Assembly (NCBI RefSeq): GCF_006345805.1
Contig: NC_043002.1
Span: 109,616,001 to 109,680,000, forward strand
DNA: 64,000 bases
Source of the DNA: Octopus sinensis
Lineage: Eukaryota
Direction of reading: 5' to 3'
A model generated the notes under the pieces. It was not told the DNA's origin, ran no database searches, and saw only the letters and a list, made by a program, of their open reading frames with translations. Position 1 is the stretch's first letter, and every line of letters begins with the position of its first letter. Positions 12,183 to 23,700 of the stretch are shown here, piece by piece. Both the position numbers and the translations under genes were made by a program.

Positions 12183-15100
12183 CTGAAAGAGACAAGGAGA
12201 ATGGCTGTTACTGGAACGATGAGAGTGATGAGGATGTTGTTGTTGTAGTTGTTGTTGTTGTTGCCTTTGGAACTGATGGAAGGTTCATCTGAAAATATTC
12301 AAATAAAAATACGCACGTCGTTAATTGAAAGAAGGCAAAGTAAATCAATGCAACGATTTCTTAACGAAGCATCAACCGAATCTGTGTTTGTGGAAAAGGC
12401 ACTGCATGTAGAGTGGAGTATCTTGCTGAAGGTTGTAACTTGGAGAGATTTTCCAATTTGCAACAACTGGGAGAGGTTACACACAGAAGTTACGTGCAGT
12501 GGAGGTTATAGAGATTGGAAATGACATGCAGTAGGGATTACAGGCAGTGGAGGTTACATGCAGTGGAGATTTTAAGCATTGGAGATTAGGCAGTAGAGAT
12601 TACATACAGTAGAGATTCCAACCAGTGGAGGTTACATGCAGTGGAGATTATAAGCATTGGAGATTATAGGCAGTAGAGATTACAGGCAGTGGAGGTTACA
12701 TGCAGTGGAGATTATAAGCATTGGAGATTATAGGCAGTAGAGATTACATACAGTAGAGATTATATGCAGTGGTGATTATAAGCATTGGAGATTACAGGCA
12801 GTGGAGATTACATGCAGTGGAGATTATATGCAGCGTAGGTTACATGCAGTGGAAATTATAAGCATGGAAGGTTATATGCAGTGGAGATTATAAGCATGGA
12901 AGGTTATATCCAGTGGAGATTATAAACATTGGAGATTACAGAGAGTGGAAATTACATGCAATGAAGATTATATGCAGTGGAGATTATATGCAGTAGAGAT
13001 TACATGCTGTGGAGATTATAAGCATGGAAGGTGATATGCAGTGGAGATTATAAGCATTGGAGGTGATATGCAGTGGAGATTATAAGCATTGGAGATTAGA
13101 TGCAGTGGAAATCATATGCAGTGGAGATTACACAGAGTTGGGGTTGAATACGATGGAGGTTACATGCAGGGGAGGTTGAACACAGAAACGCTGAATAAAA
13201 ATTGTTTGAAATTGCAGTTTTAAATGTTTTCACTTCAATCAATTTATCTGTAGTCAAGTCATAGAAATCAGGATGAGCATCACAGCTTTCCACTTCCATC
13301 CCTTAAAATATCAGGACATCATTCTGTTTCAGAAACTCTCAGATCTACCTTTCTGGGTCAAGGAAGACATGAGAAGGGAAATTAGCTTATAGCTGAGGAA
13401 ATAGGGTTTTATTAGCACAAGATATTACAGTGCAGGGGCAGTGTTTGTGGAGTAAAGAATTATTGACCTATCAAACCCAAGACAGCATGAAAGGAAATAT
13501 AACACTGAGTACGAGAATTGCATGAAGCAATAATGGAGCTCCTGTGGCAACCCAACCTGCTTGAAATCATCATCATTGTCGTTTAACGACTGCTTTCCGA
13601 CTGGCAAGCCAGAAGGCTGCACCAGGCTCCAGTTTGATCTGGCAAGGTTTCTACAGCTGGATGCCCTTCCTAACACCAACCACTCCAAGAGTGTAGTGGG
13701 TGCTTTTTATGTACCACCGGCAAGAGGGCCAGTCAGGCGGTACTGGCATTGACCACGCTTGAATGGTGCTTTTTACATGCCACAGGCATGGACGTGTCAC
13801 CGGCACAGAAGTAAAATTTCCCTTAAATCGTATCTTTGCTTCTTAAAAATGGAGGACTCCTGTAATTTAAGATGAGTAGGATGAAATGGTCAAAGCAGAA
13901 ATACCTTTGATCGTGGGTCTACTCAGTTAGGACTGACCTGGGGCTAAACAAATTCAAAACTAGTGGTTTTGAAAGATCTCACCGAAGAGTGGTGCCACTG
14001 CTGCCACCACCGTCGTCATCATCATCATCATCATCATTATCAATGAAACCAAAAATAAAGCGTCCTAAGAAAGCATTTTTGAAATGTTCAATATGAAACA
14101 CGATTGTCAAATGGTTCAAAACTAGAACACTTTCTCAAAGATTTCAAATCAGATCAACTCTGTCTGTTTGTCTTCTTTATCTAATTGTGTATCATTCTTA
14201 TACAAGGCACGGGAGTGGCTGTGTGGTAAGTAGCTTGCTAACCAACCACATGGTTCCGGGTTCAGTCCCACTGCGTGGCATCTTGGGCAAGTGTCTTCTG
14301 CTATAGCCCCGGGCCGACCAATGCCTTGTGAGTGGATTTGGTAGACGGAAATTGAATGAAGCCTGTCGTACATATCTATATATATATATTTATATGTATG
14401 TGTGTGTATATGTTTGTGTGTCTGTGTTTGTCCCCCTAGCATTGCTTGACAACCGATGCTGGTGTGTTTATGTCCCCGTTACTTAGCGGTTCGGCAAAAG
14501 AGACCGATAGAATAAGTACTGGGCTTACAAAAGAATAAGTCCCGGAGTTACTCGATTAAAGGCGGTGCTCCAGCATGGCCGCAGTCAAATGACTGAAACA
14601 AGTAAAAGAGTAAAAGAGTAAGTCTCCCTCATCACCAATACTCATCAATAGATGTCAGATGTATCTTTAAAGACTTCATCTCCAGAGCTTCAGTCCTTAC
14701 ATAACGGTTCTCCATATTTATTTCTCTGGAGATTAATTTAAACATGACCGTTGCCAGCCTTGCCTGGCCTCCGTGCCGGTGGCACGTAAAAAAGCACCAT
14801 CCGATCGTGGCCGTTGCCAGCCTCGCCTGGCCCCCGTGCCGGTGGCACGTAAAAAGCACCATCCGTCCGTGGCCGTTTGCCAGCTCCGTCTGGCACCTGT
14901 GCGGGTGGCATGTAAAAAGCACCCACTACACTCACGGAGTGGTTGGCGCTAGGAAAGGCATCCAGCCGTAGAAACACTGCCAGATCAGACAGGGCCTGAT
15001 GCAGCCTTCTGGCTTCACAGACCCCAGTTGAACCGTTCAACCCATGCTAGCATGGAAAGTGGACGCTAAATGATGATGATGATGATGATGATGATGTCAA

Positions 15101-16912
15101 ACTAGGTAAGATCGCAGCCATCCATCCATACAGGTATCCATCAACACATCCTTTATGGCCACCACCCCCAGCTGAGAGGGCTTTGTCTTGCAGGTGCTAG
15201 TGCTGCATAAAATGCACTCATGCTGGTGCCATATAAACTGCACTTGTGCCAGTTCCACATAAAAGCACCCAGTGCAATCTGTGAAGTGGTTGGCATGAGG
15301 AAGGGCATCCAGCTGTAGAAAGCATGCGAAAACAGACAACTGGAGCCTGGAAAGCTCTCCAGCCTTGCCACCTCCTGGCAAACTGTCTAAATCATGCCAA
15401 CATGGAAAATGGACATTAAACAACAACGACAATGATAATATAGGCGTAGGTGTGTCTGTGTAGTAAGTAGCTTGTTTACCAACCACATGGTTCCGGGTTC
15501 AGTCCTACTGTGTGGCACCTTGGGCAAGTGTCTTCTACTATAGCCTCAGGCTGACCAAAGCCTTGTGAGTGGATTTGGTAGGCGGAAACTGAAAGAAGCC
15601 CGTCGTATATATGTATTTATATTTGTATGTGTGTGTATATGTCTGTCCCGCCAACATTGCTTGACAACTGATGCTGGTGTGTTTATGTTACTGTAACTTA
15701 GTGGTTCAGCAAAAGAGACCGAAAGAATAAGTACTAGGCTTCCAAAGAATAAGTCCTGGGGTCGATTTGCTCGACTAAAGGCACTGCTCCAGCATGGCCA
15801 CAGTCAAATGACTGAAACAAGTAAAAGTGTAAAGAGTATATCATCACCATTTACTGTCTGTTTTCCATGCTGGTATGGGCCGGAGGGAATGGTAGGAGCT
15901 TGTAAGCCTGAGGATGTTAGATAATGGTGATGGCGATGATGACGATGTTGATGGTAGTTGTTCCAGATACCAGTTTGAGAAATATTACTGTTTTATTTTC
16001 GGTCATCAGAAATATCCAAAAATGGGTGAAATGTTGAGTTTTAGTTTGAAACTCTCTTCTCTGCCCCACCCTCAATGTTCATTGCTACCAATTAAGGTGA
16101 GAAGGAGGAGGAATCATATACATACCTGCGCTAACTCCAGCGACATATGATGTTGGTTTTTTATTGACCTTTTCTTTGACGACCTCTGGAGGACCAACTG
16201 TGGTCAGTATGATGGGTATGTCCTTGGATATGATTGACTTGGCTGTTTTCGTTTCATTATCTGGCAAAGAAGAAACAAAGAAGTCAGTCCAGTGTGTGTG
16301 TGCTGATGTCTGTATGTCTTCATGTTGACGCAACTCATGGCAAGATGTCACTATTCCTTGCGATTATGATAAGATTTATGTCTTACAGAAAGAAAATTCT
16401 TATTTCTTTAATGCCCACAACATAGAGGGGACAAACAAAGGTATTAAGTCAATTACATCGACCCCAGTGCGTAACTGGTACTTAATTTATCGACCCTGAA
16501 AGGGTGAAAGGCAAAGTCAACCTCGGTGGAATTTGAATTCAGAACGTAGCGGCAGGCGAAATACCGCTAAGCATTTCGCCCGGCGTGCTAACGTTTCTAC
16601 CAGCTTGCCACCCTATAGAAAGAAAATTCTGATAGCTTGGTGGTTCATGTTAAGTCACTGAATAAAAGGGCTGGGTTTTGAACCTGAAATGACATGGTTG
16701 CAGGGGAAACGTCTTAAACCTCACAGCCATTTTAAAAATGACAACGATGAGTGGCTGGGTGGTAAGTAGCTTGCTAACCAAACACATGGTTCTGGGTTCA
16801 GTCCCACTGCGTGGCATCTTGGGCAAGTGTCTTCTGCTATAGCCCTGGGCCGACCAATGCCTTGTGAGTGGATTTGGTAGACAGAAACTGAAAGAAGCCT
16901 GTCGTATATATG

Positions 16913-16951
<39 letters not shown>

Positions 16952-18456
16952 TTGTGTATCTGTGTTTATCCCCCTAGCATTGCTTGACAACCGATGCTGG
17001 TGTGTTTACGTCCCCGTCACTTAGCAGTTCGGCAAAAGAGACCGATAGAATAAGTGCTAGGCTTACAAAGAATAAGTCCTGGGGTCGATTTGCTCGACTA
17101 AAGGCGGTGCTCCAGCATGGCAGCAGTCAAATGACTGAAACAAGTAAGAGTAAAAGAGAGACGGTAGCCACTGCCACCGCTGCCACCAGCACCAGCACCA
17201 CTACCACCACCACAAATCCCTAAAATGAAAAGGGTTTTTACTTACCCATACAGACTGCACAACACTGTCCTTTACGGAAAGATGCCTGTTGACATTTCAT
17301 GGGTGGACAATTCTGTGAGAAACAGTTGATCCGTCCGTTTCGACACATACAGCTTTGGCAGGGACTCACACGCCATACTTCACCATGTTTGAATGATGTC
17401 TCGCCTCTACAATACTTTAGGTGAGGCTTACTGACTGTTGGTTTGTCTGGGTATTGGTCTGGTGAAGAAATAGACACAGAGTCAAGGATCAATGCAATAA
17501 ATAAGTAACATCATGCATGCATGTACACACACACACACACACTTTCTCAAGCCCTGGGACACCTAAGTCTGGTTCCCCAGTTTCTATGGCCAATATGTGA
17601 CTGAGATCACAAAAATCCCTCTGAATGACAAGATGCTCCACTGTAGGGTTCAAGACCAACGATTTCTGAGGGGAGGGGACAAGTCAATTACACTGACTCC
17701 AGTATGTGACTGGTACTTTATTTCATTGACCCTAAAGGCATGAAAGGCCAAGTAGACTTTGGCAGGATTTGAACCAAGAATGTAGAGAGCTGCAAGAAAT
17801 GCTGCTTAGCATTTTGTCTTTGTTTGTAAGTATGTGTGTAAAAAGCACCCAGTCCACTCTGTAAAGTGGTTGGTATTAGGAAGGGCATCAAGCTGTAGAT
17901 ACCATGTCAAAACAGACAATTGGGACATGGTGCAGCTCTACAGCCTTGCCAGCTCCCGTCAAAATGTCCAAACCATGCCAACATGGAAAATGGACATTAA
18001 ATGACACTGCTGCTGGTGTATGTAACAAGTAAAAGCATGGAGGTATTGGGCATTACAATAAGTCCCACTGAAGCAATGTTCCCTTCCAGATGTCCTGTTA
18101 GCCAGTTTTTGCATCAACACTGGCTAATTATTTACATTTGACAGATATTTGTCCTCATCTTGTTTGTTGCTAACACAACATTTCGGCTGATATACCCTCC
18201 AGCCTTCATCAGGTGTCTTGGGGAAATTTTGAACCTGGGTTCTCTTTCCTAAGGTATTTTTTCGATGTTGTTGTTCTTCTTCTTATTACTATTACTATTA
18301 TTGTTATTGTTCAGGTCACTGCTTGGAATCAAACTCGGAATCCTGGGGTTAGTTACCCGCGCTCTTAATCGCTACACCATATGCCTGTGGGCAATTAGGG
18401 AGTGAATTTTAGGGCTTATAAATCTAATATTTTCCTATCCTTCTTTACTCATAATA

Positions 18457-18535
<79 letters not shown>

Positions 18536-20663
18536 TTGAAGAAATACCTTAGGAATGAGAACCCAAGTTCGAAATTCCTCCAAGACACCTGAAGAAGGCT
18601 GGAGGGTATATCAGCCGAAACGCTGTATTATTATTATTGTTATTCTTCAGCATATGGGAACTGGTATTAAGGAAGGATAGAAAATATTATATTTATAAGC
18701 CCTAAAATTCACTCCATAATTGCCCACTGGCATATGGCATAGTGGTTAAGAGCGCAGGCTACTAACCCCAAGATTCCGAGTTTGATTCCAAGCAGTGACC
18801 TGAACAATAACAATAATAATAATTATTATAACATCGAAAAATACTTTAGGAATGAGAACCCAGGTTCGAAATTTCCCCAAGACACCTGAAGAAGGCTGGA
18901 GGGTACATCAGCTGAAATGTTGTGTTAACAATAAACACGATGACAAATATCCGTCGAATGTAAATAATGTAAATAAAACAAATAGCAGTTGTGTACTGGT
19001 ACTTATTTATTGATCCCAATAGAAAAAGCAGGCAAATCTCTCTAAAGAACATATTAGGTAATGTAGTCTCGGATACACAATGTCTTGACAAAATGATAGT
19101 TGGAAAATCTGTTTTGATTACTCTATGTCGAACAGGACTGACCAAGGGTCAAACCACAACTGCAAAGTTAATATGAATTGATGAAAGAACTGAACTTACT
19201 TGGACAAAGTGGACAACACTGATCCGATTGCTGTATTGGATAATGACATAACTGTGGTGGACACTTCTCTGTCGTACACAATATGATACCATAATGACAT
19301 ATGCAGCTGGTGCACTTGCCCAACTGCCACACCTCACCTTCAACATAATCATTACCATTGTTACCATGACATGTCCGTTGTTGAGTGGAGCCCTTAGATG
19401 GGAGAGTGTCAGTACCTGCAGGGAAATACAGAGACAAGGATTTAATAAATTGATGTTGAAGGGAGTCAGAAAATGTTTAAGGAAAGAAAGAAAGACACCT
19501 GAGCATTGTATACAAGAATTTCATTATTATTAAGAGCCTTGTTTAGTCAAGTTGATCAGGCATCTACAGTTGTATGGATAAGCCTGGGCAAGGTGTTATG
19601 AGAAGGATTGGTAGTTGATTATCGTTAACGAGTCTTTCCTCTCTCCACCTTTGATATTATCCACAAAAAAAAAATAAAATGACGGCTGCCTTTAGGGTCA
19701 CTACAACTTGGTACCCATGTTGTCACAAACAACGAGAACAAGTACTTCAAGACATTCTCTTTGATATTCTACTGTCATCATCGCCGCCACCTCCGCTGCT
19801 GCCTCCACTACCACCGCTGCCGCCACCACCACCACTTAACATCTGTTTTCCATGCTGGCATGGGTTGGATGCTTTCACAGGAAGTGGCAAGGTTGGAGAG
19901 CTGTAACAAGCTCCATTTGTCTGTTTTGGCATAATTTCTACAGCTGGATGCCCTTCCTAGTGCCAACCACTTTACAGAAGTGGATTGGGTGCTTTTTTAT
20001 GTTGGCACCAGAACCAGTGCTTTATTTTGTGGCACCGGTATGAATGCTTTTTATGTAGCACCAATATAATTCCACTAATGTTCTGCTTCAGATTGGAATC
20101 ATTTTTTTCCCTTGACCCAGGAAAGGTGAAAGGCAGAACTAAATTTGGCAACATTTGAATTCAGAGCACAGACAGTCATGAAAACACCATAAGGTATTCC
20201 CAAGCCAACATTCTAACAATTCTTCTAGTTCACTGCCATTTATGGTATATTGCGTAAAAGACTTAATGATAGAAGTTGGCCGTGGTGAAGGTAGAAAACC
20301 AAGGAAGAATTGGTAAGAAATAGCGATATCAGGTCTAAGAATGTTGGAGCCTTGCAAATCTATTATCAGGAAAAACAAGGTTAAGACGGGAGAGATAGTG
20401 TTAGGTAACATGGAATAGCCATTATGATGGTGCTGCTGCTGATGGTGGTGGTGGTGGTGGTGATGATGACGAAGATGGTGGTGGTGGTGGTGGTGGTGAT
20501 GCTGATGTTGAAGATGAAAATTTGTGAAATAGCAAACATACACAGCTTTTTCAAAAGTTCTCTATCAAAATACTACAGTTTAATTGTTGTCTGTGTTTGA
20601 GTTACAACAGAATGACTTTGTTGTAGTTTGTAGTATGGCATGTGGTCTGTTGAAATTAGACTA

Positions 20664-20709
<46 letters not shown>

Positions 20710-23700
20710 GAGAAAGAGGGAGAAAGAAAGAGATATGGAAAAGTTTGCCAGAGTAGTTTTTGCATCTGACGCAACCAGTTTGACATTGTCTCAATTCTTA
20801 CAATGGAAGCGTTGTGTCTGAGAGACTGTTGGCTGCTTTGCTGGGTAAATGGTAAATAATAATGAGCAAGATTAAGCAGCGCACGTGCACACACTACAAT
20901 CGTATATACACAGATAAAATATGCTTAGATACATATAGTACAAACACTATACACACTTTTACATCCCTCATCATCATCATCCTCATTTAACATCCATTTT
21001 CCATGCTGGTATGGGTTGGACGGTTTAACCAGAGATGGCCAGCTGGTTGTTGTTTGGGTCAATTACAAAACATTTAGAGTGTTCTGGGTGTTTTTTGTGC
21101 TAACAACATTGTTGGGGGTTGCCTTATAGTTTACAAAGGGAAAGAGAGAAACCTACAATGTTAAGGAACAAAAGAGGAAAAAAAGTTTTATGAGAGGATA
21201 GTCTTTCACCACCACCACCACCACCACCACCCTGCCACCACCACCATCATCATCACTTAATGTCTGTTTTCCATGCTGGTGTGGAGGTGCATGGCTTAGT
21301 GGTCAGGGGTGTTGGACTCGTGATCTTAAGGTTGTGTTTTCAATTCCTGGACCAGGCAACGTGTTTCTGTTTATGAGTAAAACCCTTCATTCCACATTGC
21401 GCAGTCCACTCAGCTGGCAAAACTGAGGAATCCTGAAATGGACCATGCTTCCATTCAGAGGGGAATATATACACCACAGAAACTGGCTCTAATGAGTTGG
21501 CAAGGAGCTTTCTATGTTTATATGGGTTAAATGATTTGATCAGATCAAGTGAGCTACAGAGCTGCGTTGTGCTCCAGTGTCTGCTTTGACATGGTTTCTG
21601 TGGCTGGAGGCCCTTTCTAATGTTTATTGTTTCAACTGGGGTCTGGGAAGCCAGAAGGCTGCACCAGGCCCAGTCTGATCTGGCAATGTTTCTATGGCTG
21701 GATGCCCTTCCTAACGCCAACCACTCCGTACCCACTACACTCGCGGAGTGGTTGGTGTTAGGAAGGGCATCCAGCCATAGAAACACTGCCAGATAAGACT
21801 GGGCCTGATGCAGCCTTCTGGCTTCACAGACCCCAGTTGAACCGTCCAACCCATGCTAGCATGGAAAGCGGACGCTAAATGATGATGATGATTGTTTTAT
21901 ATAATATATGGATGAGGACAGCTGTGTAAAGAAGTGCCAAGCTCTAATTGTGGAGGGAACTTGTGGAAGGCATTGACCAGGGAAGACATGGGAAAGAAGT
22001 GGTGAGAAAGGATCTTCAGATGCTGGGCCCCATTGAGGAAATGACAAAGGGCTGGGAGCTGTTGCAATTTGCTGTACTTGAGAAGAGATGTCAAGCCAAG
22101 TAAAATCACTGTTGTCCATACATACAGGCTCCACTCTGCAGGTGCTGGTGTTAAATAAAATGCATTTGTGCCGATGCTGCATTAACACACCTGTGACGGT
22201 GGCATGTAAAAAGCACCCAACATACTCTGTAAAGTGGTTGGCATTAGGAAAAGCATCCAGCTGTAGAAACCATGCCATAACAGACAGTTTGGATAATTCT
22301 CTGGTTCTCTGGACAGCCTCCTGGCTGTCTTGACAACCCTTGGTTCTCCAGACAGCCCCCTGGCTCTCTGGACAGCTTCCTGGCTCTCTGGACAGCCTCC
22401 TGGCTCTTTGGACAGCTCCCTAGTTCTTTGGACAGCTCTCTCGCTCTCCGGACAGCCTCCAGGCTCTCTGGACAGCTTCCTGGCTCTCTGGACAGCCTCC
22501 TGGCTCTTTGGACAGCTCCCTGGTTCTTTGGACAGCTCTCTCGCTCTCCGGACAGCCTCCTGGCTCCCTGGCCAGCTCCAGTCAAACTGTCTAACCCATA
22601 GTAAATGGATGGATGATGATGATGATGACAATGATGATGAATATATTACTTGTTTCAGTCATTAGATGTGGCCATGCTGGGGCACCACCTTGAAAGATTT
22701 TAGTCTAACAAATTGACCCCAGTAGTTTTTTTTCATTAAAGTCTGGCACTTATTCTGTCAGTCTCTTTTTGCTGAGCTGTTAAGTTACATGGACATAACC
22801 ACACCAACATCTGTTGTGAAGCAGAGGTGAGAGACAAACACAAGCACACACACAGTCATGGCACAACAAAGAATCTCTGGGCTTTGCCTTCCGCAAAGGT
22901 GTTATTTACCTGCGCATGATGGGCAGCAGTCTCCAGGTCGAAATATTGGATTGTGACACTTTGGAATGTTACAGGTAATTAATGAGCAAAGTTCTTGTCC
23001 TTCCCTACAGTAGCACTCACGGCAACCATCATACCACATGTCGCCATCTTTGTAATGTATTCCATTGGACATGCAGCTGCTCGGTAACCATAGCGATGAT
23101 GATGTTGGGATCTGAGGGGTTGACGACTTTCTGTTATATGGCTCATCTGAAAGAACAAATAAAAATTCCTTGAAATATTTATGTCATTAAGGTTTGACTA
23201 ATTGGGGGTGGGGCATGGGTGGGTGAGGCTAATATTAAATGTCTTTTTCTTTTATAAGCCATTTAAGAAACACACAAAATCCATTAGATTCACTTCAACA
23301 TTTAAATTAGATTTGTCAAAATATTTTCATCGCTTTGAGACACTGTTTTTGTGTTTCTTAAATGGCTTATAAACACCCCCCACGCTGCAATTGTTTTCGT
23401 TCCAGCACATGATCCCAGATCAGGTCACTTGCTATGCAAGTACATCTCCATAAATCTTTTTCTTTTATCTTTTCTTTTACTTGTTTCAGTCATTTCACTG
23501 CGGCCATGCTGGAGCACCACTTTTTAGTCAAGCAAATCGACCCCAGGACTTATTCTTTGTAAGCCTAGTACTATAAGTCTTCTTTTGCTGAACCGCTAAG
23601 TTATGACAACAGATGCTTATAAACAACATATCTCAGATTCACAGAGTCAGTATTTACTTTCTATTTTCAGTGCTTGGTAAGTGAAGTGTGTAGAGTGTGG

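Noticed and set aside
12494-13170. CRISPR-like array
   Set aside because: Units are contiguous 16-mers with no unique spacers, the context is eukaryotic, and there are no cas genes.
22182-22665. Repetitive ORFs on both strands
   Set aside because: Products of the 20-bp minisatellite.
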